From Prochlorococcus sp. AG-679-M23 (GTDB lineage: Bacteria; Cyanobacteriota; Cyanobacteriia; PCC-6307; Cyanobiaceae): a stretch of 64,000 nucleotides of DNA. Of this stretch, positions 32,664 through 52,879 are shown piece by piece. The first letter of the stretch is position 1. Every line of letters begins with the position of its first letter. A program made the translations under genes and the position numbers. The stretch lies in contig QCUR01000002.1 in NCBI GenBank assembly GCA_003208875.1, positions 210,337-274,336 of the forward strand, written 5' to 3'. Below the pieces are notes generated by a model. It was not told the origin of the DNA, ran no database searches, and worked only from the letters and a program-made list of their open reading frames with translations.

Positions 32664-33377
32664 TTGGATTTACAAACTCAGATGAAACAAATAGTTGCTG
32701 ATGCAGCTGTTAAAGAAGTAGAAGATGGAATGATCTTGGGTTTAGGATCTGGATCAACAGCTGCACTGATGATAAAAAGTCTTGCTGAACAAATTAGATC
32801 AGGCAAATTAAAAAATATTAAAGGAGTTCCAACTTCCTTTCAATCAGAGGTGCTTGCATTAGAACTTAATATCCCTTTAATTGATTTAGCTTCAGTTCCT
32901 TACATTGATTTAGCAATTGATGGAGCGGATGAAGTAGATCCTGATTTTCAACTCATCAAGGGTGGGGGAGCTTGCCATGTCCGAGAAAAATTGGTTGCAT
33001 CTAAAGCAAATAAATTATTAATTGTTATTGATGAATCAAAGTTAGTGCAAAATTTAAACCAAGTTTTCCCTCTCCCTGTGGAGGTTATGCCTTCTGCGTG
33101 GAAGCAGGTGAAGGATATAATTTCAGAAATGAGTGGAGTTTCTAATTTAAGGATGGCAACAAAAAAAGCAGGCCCAGTTGTCACAGATCAAGGTAATTTG
33201 ATTTTGGATGTTTTATTTGATGCTGGCATAAAAGATCCAAAAGATTTAGAAATGCGTATTAATAATATTCCTGGAGTCTTGGAAAATGGATTATTTGTTG
33301 ATTTAGCAGATAAGATTTTGGTGGGTAGAATTGAGGATGACGTTCCAGTATTATTTTCACCTTCGAGGAAAAGTTAA
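32664..33377 (+). CDS. rpiA: Ribose-5-phosphate isomerase A
   Basis: GLGSGST, DGADEVD, IKGGGAC. Confidence 0.97.
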   Translation: MDLQTQMKQIVADAAVKEVEDGMILGLGSGSTAALMIKSLAEQIRSGKLKNIKGVPTSFQSEVLALELNIPLIDLASVPYIDLAIDGADEVDPDFQLIKGGGACHVREKLVASKANKLLIVIDESKLVQNLNQVFPLPVEVMPSAWKQVKDIISEMSGVSNLRMATKKAGPVVTDQGNLILDVLFDAGIKDPKDLEMRINNIPGVLENGLFVDLADKILVGRIEDDVPVLFSPSRKS

Positions 33378-34660
33378 TCTTCAAATCTAATTTTTACTGA
33401 ATTTGCATGACTATGTAAACCCTCACTATTTGCCAAATTTATAATATCCAAGCAGTTAATCTTTAAACTTTTTTCATTAAATTCAATTATTGAAGTATTC
33501 TTCATGAAGGTTTCAACTCCTAAGGAACCACTAAACCTCGCATTCCCACATGTTGGTAAAGTATGGTTTGGCCCAGCTAAATAATCACCTACAGCCTCCG
33601 GGGTCCATTTCCCTAAAAATATCGCACCTGCATTCTCAATAGACTTGAGCGTCGTTTTTGGATCAATAGTAATTATTTCTAAATGTTCTGGGGCAAACTC
33701 ATTACTTAGTTCAACACATGATTCTAAATTTTCGCAAATAGCAATTAATCCCCAATTCTTAATTGATTGAATGCAAATTTCTTTTCTGGGGTGATGCTCT
33801 ATTTTCTTAAAGACTTCATCAAAAACTTCTTGAGCTTGATCATTTGATGTGGTCAACAGTATTGAGGAGGCTAATGGGTCGTGCTCGGCTTGTGCTAATA
33901 GATCTGATGCTATTTGAGAACTGTTAGCTGTTCTATCGGCAATGATTAAAATTTCACTTGGACCGGCTAAAGAATCAATTCCAGTAAATCCGTAAATTAA
34001 CTTTTTAGCAGTGGTAACATAGATATTTCCAGGTCCCGAAATTACATCAACTTTATTTATTTGCTTTGTGCCAAATGCTAATGCGCCAATTGCCTGTGCT
34101 CCACCAATTCTAAACACTTTATCAACTCCTGATAAGTAAGCAGCAGCTAAAACAGTTGTATTTATTTTCCCTTTTGTGTTTCCAGGAGAAACCATTGAAA
34201 TTTCTTTAACTCCAGCTACTTTTGCAGGTATCGCATTCATTAAAACTGTACTTGGATATGCCGCTCTCCCTCCAGGTATATATAAACCAGCATTTTTTAC
34301 AGGCATCCATCTTCTTTGGACGGAGTCACCATATTCTCCCTTTAAAGTAAATGATTCAGGGATTTCTTTTTCATGGAATTTTTTTATTCTTTGATAGGCA
34401 ATTTCTAATGATTGTTTTAAATGCTGATCTGTCTCTTCCCAAGCAGTTTTTAAATCCCTAGTACTTACTTGCATTGGTTTAGGATGGAATCCATCAAATT
34501 TTTTTGTATATTTTTCTACAGCTATATCTCCATGAAATTTCACATCTTGAAGAATATCTTCAACAATTGAATTTATTTTTTTATTATCTCCAGAGGTTGT
34601 TCTTTGAGAAATTCTTCTCAACTCTTTGAGAGCTTTTTGTTTACTATTTATGATCTTCAT
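33374..34660 (-). CDS. hisD: Histidinol dehydrogenase
   Basis: [39 protein letters not shown]. Confidence 0.98.
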   Translation of the reverse strand: MKIINSKQKALKELRRISQRTTSGDNKKINSIVEDILQDVKFHGDIAVEKYTKKFDGFHPKPMQVSTRDLKTAWEETDQHLKQSLEIAYQRIKKFHEKEIPESFTLKGEYGDSVQRRWMPVKNAGLYIPGGRAAYPSTVLMNAIPAKVAGVKEISMVSPGNTKGKINTTVLAAAYLSGVDKVFRIGGAQAIGALAFGTKQINKVDVISGPGNIYVTTAKKLIYGFTGIDSLAGPSEILIIADRTANSSQIASDLLAQAEHDPLASSILLTTSNDQAQEVFDEVFKKIEHHPRKEICIQSIKNWGLIAICENLESCVELSNEFAPEHLEIITIDPKTTLKSIENAGAIFLGKWTPEAVGDYLAGPNHTLPTCGNARFSGSLGVETFMKNTSIIEFNEKSLKINCLDIINLANSEGLHSHANSVKIRFED

Positions 34661-34780
34661 ATTCTTAATACTTAATTTAAATTCAATTAAGTAATTACGT
34701 AACTCACTGATTTGAATTATATAATATTGATTAGTAGTCTATCTATTTGATACAATAAATCTATATTTAATCTTATTTCT

Positions 34781-35074
34781 GTGGCCAATAACAAATCAGC
34801 GAAAAAAAGAATTCAAGTTGCTGAAAGAAATCGTTTAGTGAATAAATCATATAAATCAACAGTAAGAACGCTAACAAAAAAAACATTAGCTAACTGTGAG
34901 AAATATAAGCAAGAACCTAATTCTAATAACAAAGATATAGTTCTTGTTAGTGTAAATGAAGCCTTCAGTCTTATCGATAAGGCAGTCAAAAAGAATGTTC
35001 TACATAAGAATAACGGTGCTAACAAAAAATCAAAAATCAATAAAATAGTTAAAGATTTTCTTACAAGTAAGTAA
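34781..35074 (+). CDS. rpsT: 30S ribosomal protein S20
   Basis: ANNKSAKKRI, DKAVKKNVLHKN; GTG start. Confidence 0.97.
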   Translation: MANNKSAKKRIQVAERNRLVNKSYKSTVRTLTKKTLANCEKYKQEPNSNNKDIVLVSVNEAFSLIDKAVKKNVLHKNNGANKKSKINKIVKDFLTSK

Positions 35075-35080
35075 GTAAAA

Positions 35081-35875
35081 ATGACCAATATTGAATTAAT
35101 TGATTCTCATTGTCATTTGATATTTGAAAATTTTGAAGAGGATCTTGAAGAAGTTGTTTCAAGGTGGCGTTCAATAGGAGTAAAAAAATTGCTCCATGCA
35201 TGTTGTGAATTATCAGAAATTCCTAAATTGAAAAATATATCTCGAAGATTTGATGAATTGTATTACTCAGTTGGTTTACATCCACTTGAAGCTAACAAAT
35301 GGGAATGTAATTCAAAAACTATAATGAAAAATGCAGCCCAAGGTGATTCAAGAGTTGTTGCTATTGGTGAATTAGGGTTAGATTTTTTTAAAAGTGAAAA
35401 TACAAATAAACAAATAGATGCTCTTGTTCCACAAATGCATTTAGCCTGCGAACTTGACTTGCCCGTCATTATCCATTGTAGAGAAGCTGCAAATGAGATG
35501 ATAAAAATATGTCAGGATTTAACCCAACAAGGTATATGTCCTAAAGGAGTTCTGCATTGTTGGAGTGGCACTCCAGATGAGATGAAGCAATTTTTAGATC
35601 TAGGATTTTATATAAGTTTTAGTGGGATAGTTACATTCCCAAAAGCATACGAAATTCATGAATGCGCAAGAATTGTTCCAGGTGATAGATATTTAATAGA
35701 AACAGACGCTCCCTTTTTAGCCCCTGTCCCATATCGAGGGAAAAGAAATGAACCAGCTTTTGTAGAAAGCGTAGCTAAGTCTATAGCCAGTTTAAGATCT
35801 TCAGACTTGAAAAATATTGCAGATGAGTCTTCTAGGAATGCTGAAGATTTGTTTAAGTTTGACTTGATAAATTAA
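35081..35875 (+). CDS. tatD: TatD-family hydrolase
   Basis: DSHCHL, GLHP, IGELG, IIHCR, VLHCW, ETDAP. Confidence 0.94.
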   Translation: MTNIELIDSHCHLIFENFEEDLEEVVSRWRSIGVKKLLHACCELSEIPKLKNISRRFDELYYSVGLHPLEANKWECNSKTIMKNAAQGDSRVVAIGELGLDFFKSENTNKQIDALVPQMHLACELDLPVIIHCREAANEMIKICQDLTQQGICPKGVLHCWSGTPDEMKQFLDLGFYISFSGIVTFPKAYEIHECARIVPGDRYLIETDAPFLAPVPYRGKRNEPAFVESVAKSIASLRSSDLKNIADESSRNAEDLFKFDLIN

Positions 35876-36113
35876 CACATAACCTGTTAATATTAAAAAT
35901 TACTGGAATTTTTTCTTAATTATTAGTAAACAGCTGATTAAAGTATGGTTTTATCGCCTTTATCTTTGATCATTTCAGCTAATAATAATCTAGATATTTG
36001 TTGAATTCAAGACTAAAATCTCGATTTCACTTTAAAAGTCTTGATTATTTTTCTAAAAGTTAAGTCGATTTTATGGTAATTAGCAATTCTTACATAATGG
36101 CGGGTTTTCTTGG

Positions 36114-41350
<5,237 letters not shown>

Positions 41351-41365
41351 TCCTTAAAAAACTAA

Positions 41366-45484
<4,119 letters not shown>

Positions 45485-45530
45485 AGGCTATTCTTATTTT
45501 CAGTTACTAGAATGCTAATTTAAATTTTAA

Positions 45531-45686
<156 letters not shown>

Positions 45687-45695
45687 TCAATTTAG

Positions 45696-46763
<1,068 letters not shown>

Positions 46764-46833
46764 TCATATTTAAAAACTTTTTATTAAATTCAACTTAAAC
46801 ACGTTATTATTGATTTAATTCTTTTTTTTATTA

Positions 46834-46959
46834 TTGGGATTTATTAGAACTAAGCTTTTACCTTTTGCAATTGTTAGTTTATTCGGCGTTGCTTTTTTTG
46901 CTGTTAGTGCAAGGATTTGGCTACCAGGAGATATGATGTCACCTGCTCCGATTAATTAA
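46834..46959 (+). CDS. Putative 41-aa single-TM small protein
   Basis: Not in the ORF track. TTG-start MGFIRTKLLPFAIVSLFGVAFFAVSARIWLPGDMMSPAPIN; GC-richer, coding-like stretch within an AT-rich spacer. Confidence 0.7.
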   Translation: MGFIRTKLLPFAIVSLFGVAFFAVSARIWLPGDMMSPAPIN

Positions 46960-46972
46960 TCTTTATTATTAT

Positions 46973-47749
46973 TTGATAATGACTAAAAGAAAGGATATAC
47001 AAAATGAAAGTTTGGCAGAAATAGCAATAGATCCAGATGTTTTAGCTCAAGAATTATCTGTAGAGCTTGAAATTGATCCTTTAGAACAGATTGATCAAGA
47101 TGGTTTCTCAAGAGGAAATTTAGATAAAAATTTAGAATGTGATGAAGCCTTAAAATTACTTAAGGGTGACAGAGAGCAAAGAATTCAAGGCTTGAGAATA
47201 TTTTGTGAATATCGAGATAAAAGATCTTTCCCTCTTTTACTTCCTTTACTTGATCAACCTTGCCCAGTAGAAAGAATGAGTGCTGTATATGCATTAGGGA
47301 GGAATCCGTTCCCTAGCGCAGTAGAAAAATTAGTCAGTCTATTAGAAACAGACGACAATGCATATGTAAGGAGAGCTACCGCTTGGAGTCTAGCTAATTA
47401 TGATAATGAAATTGTTTTGAAGCCATTAATAAATTCATTAAAAAATGATGTGGCTTCAGTAAGATTATGGTCATCTAGTTCTCTAGCGGAAATTGGAAGT
47501 ACTTCATCCTTTAACGCTCAATTAGCGGCTGAACAATTATTAATTAGCTTGAAAATAGATAATGAACCCGTGGTAAGAAGCAATTGTATATGGTCTTTAT
47601 GTAGATTGTTTGAAAAATTAAATGAAATATCGCAAGAAAGTTTCGTTGATGAATGTACCAAAATTGCTCTTTTTGATAAAGAACCGTCAGTTATGGAAGA
47701 AGCCAAAACTGCTTTAGATTCAATGGGGATGAAAGGGTTTTATAAATAG
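46973..47749 (+). CDS. HEAT-repeat (PBS lyase-like) protein
   Basis: Repeated VER.SAVYALG / VRRATAWSL / VRSNCIWSL HEAT units. Confidence 0.85.
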   Translation: MIMTKRKDIQNESLAEIAIDPDVLAQELSVELEIDPLEQIDQDGFSRGNLDKNLECDEALKLLKGDREQRIQGLRIFCEYRDKRSFPLLLPLLDQPCPVERMSAVYALGRNPFPSAVEKLVSLLETDDNAYVRRATAWSLANYDNEIVLKPLINSLKNDVASVRLWSSSSLAEIGSTSSFNAQLAAEQLLISLKIDNEPVVRSNCIWSLCRLFEKLNEISQESFVDECTKIALFDKEPSVMEEAKTALDSMGMKGFYK

Positions 47750-47801
47750 AGTTTTTATATTTATTAAGTAATCAATATTAAAAAATATATTTTAATTAAC
47801 T

Positions 47802-47844
47802 TGTACCAACTGAAACAATTATTTTTCGTTATCGTATATAAAGT
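47802..47844 (+). promoter_or_regulatory. Candidate NtcA-type promoter (TGTA-N8-AACA ... N22 ... TAAAGT)
   Basis: GTA 47803-05, AAC 47814-16, TA-N3-T at 47839-44 at canonical spacing; one mismatch to GTA-N8-TAC. Confidence 0.4.
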
Positions 47845-47859
47845 ATTAGTACTTAGTAC

Positions 47860-48084
47860 TTGATTTTAATGCCCCAGAGAACATTAAGATTCAAAATTCA
47901 TCAAGATGGAAGGGTTGAAGAAACCGTTGAAGGATTCAACGGTAATGCATGTAATAGTGCAACAAAAAATATTGAAGGTGCTCTTGGCGAAGTAAAAGTC
48001 AAGAATAAAACTTCAGAGGCGTTTATCTCTAACCAAAGCGAAAGTTCAAATCAAATTAACAACGAATCTAATGTCACATTTTAG
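47860..48084 (+). CDS. DUF2997-family protein
   Basis: F.I.QDGRVEETVEG..G.AC..AT..IE.ALG pattern; ATG 47869 is the likely start. Confidence 0.8.
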   Translation: MILMPQRTLRFKIHQDGRVEETVEGFNGNACNSATKNIEGALGEVKVKNKTSEAFISNQSESSNQINNESNVTF

Positions 48085-48463
48085 TACTATCAAGACTCAA
48101 CTTAAGGAAGTAAAACCCCTGATTAAAGCTTTAGATCAACTCGGTTACGTAGTAAATCACGAAAAGAAGTTTGTCAAAGGCTACAGGGGACAATTTACAG
48201 CGGTTGATATAAGCATGGATTTGCCTAGTGAAACTAAAGTTGGATTCAAATGGGATAATAACTCTAACTCATATGAATTAGTTACTGATCTCGACCTTTG
48301 GAAGTTTGATTTACCGGTAGAAAGGTTTATTTCAAAAGTTACTCAAATGTATGCTTACCATACAATTATTTCTAAAACAGAAGAGGACGGATACCAAATA
48401 GTTGAGCAAAAAAACAAAAATGATGGATCTATCGAATTGGTTCTCACTAAGTGGGAAAGTTAA
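48071..48463 (+). CDS. DUF1257 / Ycf35-family protein
   Basis: MSHFSTIKT, GFKW, YELVTDL..W, Q.YA signature. Confidence 0.85.
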   Translation: MSHFSTIKTQLKEVKPLIKALDQLGYVVNHEKKFVKGYRGQFTAVDISMDLPSETKVGFKWDNNSNSYELVTDLDLWKFDLPVERFISKVTQMYAYHTIISKTEEDGYQIVEQKNKNDGSIELVLTKWES

Positions 48464-48466
48464 TAA

Positions 48467-48832
48467 TTGGATAGTAATTCTTTAAGTTCAATTGATAATT
48501 ATTTTGAAACTAAAGAACTAACAGGTTATGAGCCTGTACTAGGAGGAGAATTAACTGAAAAAGCAGTTTGGGTTGATGAAAGTAGATGTATAGGTTGTAG
48601 ATATTGTGCTCATGTAGCTACTAATACTTTTATAGTTGATGATGATTATGGACGTAGTAGAGCAATAAGACAAGATGGAGATAATCTTGAAACGGTGCAA
48701 GAAGCTATTGATACTTGTCCAGTGGATTGTATTCATTGGGTTGAATTTGAAAACTTAGAAGATCTAGAAAGTAGTCTTGATAGGGATATGTTTCAATCTC
48801 TGGGCAAACTACCAAGAATGAATAAGCATTAA
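48467..48832 (+). CDS. Bacterial-type [4Fe-4S] ferredoxin (Fed7/Fer4_15-like)
   Basis: VDESRCIGCRYC...EAIDTCPVDCI. Confidence 0.9.
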   Translation: MDSNSLSSIDNYFETKELTGYEPVLGGELTEKAVWVDESRCIGCRYCAHVATNTFIVDDDYGRSRAIRQDGDNLETVQEAIDTCPVDCIHWVEFENLEDLESSLDRDMFQSLGKLPRMNKH

Positions 48833-48838
48833 TTTCTA

Positions 48839-50038
48839 ATGGAGTTGCCTTGTCGCAGATTTGGTAGAACCAATCTAAATATGCCTGTTTTGTCCTTAGG
48901 AGGCATGAGATTCCAAAAAAGTTGGGATGAATTAAAATTTTCAGAGATTTCTCGAAAAGAACAGAATAAAGTTGAAAATATATTGAATCTTGCAAATAAA
49001 TTTGGCTTTAATCACATAGAGACAGCTAAGTATTATGGGACTTCAGAAATACAGTTAGGTATGGGTTTCAAGAGTATTAAAAAAACACCAAAAATCATTC
49101 AAACAAAAATCCCTCCTAATCGTGATCCTAAATTATTCGAAGCAGAACTTTTGAAAAGCTTTGAAAAATTGCAAGTAAAGAAAATTGATTTATTAGCAAT
49201 TCATGGCATCAATACTCCTGAGCATCTTCATCAATCTATAAAAGATGGAGGCTGTATTGATATTTTAAAAAAATTCCAAAAAGAAAATTCAATTGGATAT
49301 ATTGGATTTTCGACTCATGGAGAATTTTCTCTTATAGAAAAAGCGATATCTACAAATTTCTTTGATTATATTAATTTGCACTGGTATTTCATCAATCAAA
49401 CGAATTCCAAGTTAATTGAGTTGGCTCATAAATATGATCTTGGAGTTTTTATCATAAGTCCTACTGATAAAGGTGGACATCTTCACACTCCATCAACAAA
49501 AATTTTGGAACTTTGTAGCCCTTTACACCCAATAGTATTTAACGATCTTTTTTGCTTAAGGAACAAAAATGTTCATACAATTAGTGTCGGGATAGCGAAA
49601 GAGCAAGACTTTAATTTACATTTAGAAGCAGTTTCATTATTGCCAGAATCTGATCATTATATTCCTAAAATAGTAAATAGATTACAAGAGGAATCAATAA
49701 ATTCGTTAGGTATAGAGTGGTATAAATGTTGGGATAAAAATTTACCAAATTGGAAAAATACACCAGGAGGAATAAATATTCCGGTTCTTCTCTGGCTCGC
49801 GAATTTAATAGATTCCTTTGATTTAGAAGAATTTGCAAAATCTAGATACCAATTACTTGGTAATGGAAGTCATTGGTTTCCAGGCAATAATGCAAATTTG
49901 TTAGATACTGATGTATGCGAAAGTCAATTATTAAAAGTTTTAGAAAGGCATATAAAACCCAAAAAGGTTATAAAGAAATTAAGATTCCTAAGAGATAAGT
50001 TTGGAGACAAATCATTATCAAGATTATCAAAGAATTAA
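48839..50038 (+). CDS. Aldo/keto reductase family protein
   Basis: RRFGRT..PVLSLGGM, HIETAKYYG.SE, IGFSTHG. Confidence 0.88.
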   Translation: MELPCRRFGRTNLNMPVLSLGGMRFQKSWDELKFSEISRKEQNKVENILNLANKFGFNHIETAKYYGTSEIQLGMGFKSIKKTPKIIQTKIPPNRDPKLFEAELLKSFEKLQVKKIDLLAIHGINTPEHLHQSIKDGGCIDILKKFQKENSIGYIGFSTHGEFSLIEKAISTNFFDYINLHWYFINQTNSKLIELAHKYDLGVFIISPTDKGGHLHTPSTKILELCSPLHPIVFNDLFCLRNKNVHTISVGIAKEQDFNLHLEAVSLLPESDHYIPKIVNRLQEESINSLGIEWYKCWDKNLPNWKNTPGGINIPVLLWLANLIDSFDLEEFAKSRYQLLGNGSHWFPGNNANLLDTDVCESQLLKVLERHIKPKKVIKKLRFLRDKFGDKSLSRLSKN

Positions 50039-50754
50039 CCTTTGAGTGGATATTTTTCAGCCTTGCCAATACTTCTTGGATAAATATCAGGGCAAGGTGC
50101 TTTTGGCTCAATAAAAATAGCATTACGTATCCCTTTTTCTCTGGGAAGAAAATTACTTTTAATTTCTAAGATTTGTCCTTCTAATACGTTTAATATATTT
50201 TCTAAATTTTTATTATCTTCATTGGTCCACTTCCCACAATATAAAATACCTAATCCGTTTGATTTCAACATAGGTAATATATATTCAGAAACTGTTGAGG
50301 GATTACTAACTGCTCTTGCAGTCGCAATATTAAAGCCATTTTTAAATGAAGATTGACGGCCAATGTTTTCAATACGATCATTAATTACAAAGATATCGTT
50401 TTTGAACTTAATACTTTTGATAATTTCTTTTAGTGAATCTGTTTTTTTTTTAGAGGAATCCACTAGATATATTTCTGAATTAGGATGTGTTATTGCATAG
50501 GCAAATCCTGGGAAACCACAACCTGATCCAATATCAATAAATTTTTTATTATCAAAATTTTTATTTGTATTTTCTTTAAATGTCCAAAGGCTGTCATAGA
50601 CTTGTGATATCCAGTAATCATCTCCTTCAATTAATCTAGTTAAGTTGGTTTTATAATTTAGTTCTTGGATTTTTATCTGTAATTCTCTAAACATTATTAT
50701 TTCCTCTTCAGTTAATAAATTTAGAAGTTCATTAGGGATACTTTCTTTTGTCAT
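50035..50754 (-). CDS. rsmG: 16S rRNA m7G527 methyltransferase
   Basis: NLTRL, DSL, DIGSGCGFPG, ATARAV. Confidence 0.95.
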   Translation of the reverse strand: MTKESIPNELLNLLTEEEIIMFRELQIKIQELNYKTNLTRLIEGDDYWISQVYDSLWTFKENTNKNFDNKKFIDIGSGCGFPGFAYAITHPNSEIYLVDSSKKKTDSLKEIIKSIKFKNDIFVINDRIENIGRQSSFKNGFNIATARAVSNPSTVSEYILPMLKSNGLGILYCGKWTNEDNKNLENILNVLEGQILEIKSNFLPREKGIRNAIFIEPKAPCPDIYPRSIGKAEKYPLKG

Positions 50755-50844
50755 TGAGTTTTAAGTAGTTTCTTATTCTTGATAATTAAAAATATTCAAT
50801 TTTATTAAAAATGACTAGAATATTTTTAATGATAATTAAATTTT

Positions 50845-51291
50845 TTGAAAGGCGAGATAACTTATTATAAAATTTTAGGCGTTAATAAAAATGCCTCAAA
50901 TAACGAATTAAGAAAAGCTTTTTGTAAACTCTCGATAGAATTACATCCTGATACGACTTCCTTAGAATTAGAAGATGCAAAAAATAAATTTCAAAAAGTA
51001 TTAGAGGCCTATGAAAATTTAAATAATTCTAATTTGAGGAAAATTTATGATGAAAAATTACAAGTAAATTCGAAAAAACCAAATAAAACAAATTTAAATG
51101 TCTTGAATCCTTTAGTAATGGATGCTAATAATCAGCCGTTAGTAGGTAATAGGAGACCATTTTCAAATGGAGAAATGTTCTCATTATTTTTGTTGATTAT
51201 TATTATTTTGATAAGTTTATTTTTAGCTATCTTAATCGCTTCTTTTGCTGGCAAAGAAATACAGTCAATTCCAACTTGGCTTTTGAGATAA
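50845..51291 (+). CDS. J-domain protein with C-terminal TM helix
   Basis: YYKILGV, LHPD, F..V.EAYE.L; hydrophobic C-terminus. Confidence 0.88.
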   Translation: MKGEITYYKILGVNKNASNNELRKAFCKLSIELHPDTTSLELEDAKNKFQKVLEAYENLNNSNLRKIYDEKLQVNSKKPNKTNLNVLNPLVMDANNQPLVGNRRPFSNGEMFSLFLLIIIILISLFLAILIASFAGKEIQSIPTWLLR

Positions 51292-51308
51292 TAATTTAAA
51301 GAAATTCT

Positions 51309-51566
51309 GTGATCCCATCTGACACCCCAATTAATCAACATTCACTTCAATCATTAGAATTATGGTTAAAAGATTTAGGTGCAACTAAAGATATTGATAA
51401 TCCGTCTAAATGGTATTTGTTACTTTCTAATTGGAATGCAACTATTAGTTTTGAACAAGAAGATTTAAGTGTTGTCTGGGAGAGTGGAGGTAAATTAACT
51501 AAAAGACTATTTTCTTATTGTATTAATAGAGAAGATATAGAAAATGCTATTTTACAGGGGCCTTAA
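51309..51566 (+). CDS. DUF3143-family protein
   Basis: TP..QHSL..LE.WL..LG, R.DIENAIL.GP pattern. Confidence 0.7.
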   Translation: MIPSDTPINQHSLQSLELWLKDLGATKDIDNPSKWYLLLSNWNATISFEQEDLSVVWESGGKLTKRLFSYCINREDIENAILQGP

Positions 51567-51574
51567 TGTTGTTT

Positions 51575-52876
51575 TTAAAGATCGCTTAAAATTTCAAAAA
51601 TAATTCTGTAACTTTTTTCTAACTGTTTGTCTGTAATACAAAGAGGGGGTAATAGATAGATAACATTACCAAGTGGCCTAATAAATAAACCTTTTTTAAT
51701 TGATAATGCTTTTATCCTTTTGCCAACATTGTTTAGATAACCTTCATTTTTACCTATTTCAATATCAAATGCGGCGATAGTTCCTGTGACTCTTATGTTT
51801 TTTACAAATGGTATTTTTTTAATTTTCTTTAGATGGGAAAGGTGCTTTTTTTCAAAAGAAAGATACTTTATTGGATCTTTTTCTAATAAGTCAAGGCTCG
51901 CATTAGCTGCAGCACACCCTAAAGGGTTTGCAGTGAAGCTATGACCATGCCAAAAAGTTTTTTTAGGAGAATCGCTAATAAAAGATTGGAAAATTGTCTC
52001 TTTAGCTAATGTGATTCCCATAGGTAAGAATCCTCCAGTTAAACCCTTTGAAATAGAAATTAGATCAGGAATTATATTTGCCTTTTGAAATGCAAAGAGA
52101 CTTCCACATCGCCCAAATCCAGTTAATACTTCATCAGCTATTAATAAAGAATTATTATTTTTTACTACTTCTGAAACTTGTCTGATAAATTCAGGCCTAA
52201 CCATATTCATTCCTCCCGCACCCTGTACTAATGGTTCAAGAATGACAGCTACAGTGGGCTTTTTAAGAAGTTTAGTTAATATTTGAATCGCGTTATTCTC
52301 TTTTATTTCAACCTCTTCATCATTTATCCAAGTAGAAGGCCATGGGGCCCTTTTAACAGGGAACATTAGATTATCAAAATTCTCATTAAAAATATTTCGT
52401 TCCCCTAAAGCCATTGCTCCAAATGTATCACCATGATAGGCACCATCAAAAGCAATTATTTGATTTCTTGTTTCACCTTGATTTTGCCAAGATTGATAGG
52501 CAATTTTTAAAGCTACTTCTACAGCGGTAGATCCATTATCAGAAAAAAATAGTCTTTCTAATTTTGTTAAGCCACTGAGTCTCTCTGATAATATTTGAGC
52601 CTGTGGATGTAAGAAGTCGGCGAATATAATTTGCTCTAGAGTCTTGGCTTGTTGATAAATGGCATCTGCTATGTAATCGTTACTATGACCATGTAGAGTA
52701 ACCCACCAACTACTTATTCCATCAATGAGTTCTTGTTTTGGATTTTTAGTATAAATTAAAGCATTTTTTCCATGAGTAACTTCTAATTGAGGCTTGCTAT
52801 TTATAATCTGCGTAAAAGGAGGCCATATATTAGGATGCCAATCTTGATTGGGATTTTTTAAAACTGGAGATTTCAT
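51575..52876 (-). CDS. bioA: Adenosylmethionine-8-amino-7-oxononanoate (DAPA) aminotransferase
   Basis: IWPPFTQ, DGISSWW, YHGDT, DEVLTGFGR, SKGLTGG. Confidence 0.96.
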   Translation of the reverse strand: MKSPVLKNPNQDWHPNIWPPFTQIINSKPQLEVTHGKNALIYTKNPKQELIDGISSWWVTLHGHSNDYIADAIYQQAKTLEQIIFADFLHPQAQILSERLSGLTKLERLFFSDNGSTAVEVALKIAYQSWQNQGETRNQIIAFDGAYHGDTFGAMALGERNIFNENFDNLMFPVKRAPWPSTWINDEEVEIKENNAIQILTKLLKKPTVAVILEPLVQGAGGMNMVRPEFIRQVSEVVKNNNSLLIADEVLTGFGRCGSLFAFQKANIIPDLISISKGLTGGFLPMGITLAKETIFQSFISDSPKKTFWHGHSFTANPLGCAAANASLDLLEKDPIKYLSFEKKHLSHLKKIKKIPFVKNIRVTGTIAAFDIEIGKNEGYLNNVGKRIKALSIKKGLFIRPLGNVIYLLPPLCITDKQLEKSYRIIFEILSDL

Positions 52877-52879
52877 TTA

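Noticed and set aside
34813-35088. 91-aa ORF antisense to nearly all of rpsT
   Set aside because: Its Leu/Phe-rich composition is the expected mirror of Lys/Asn codons.
48551-48995. Minus-strand ORFs over the ferredoxin and AKR genes
   Set aside because: Antisense shadows of well-supported genes.
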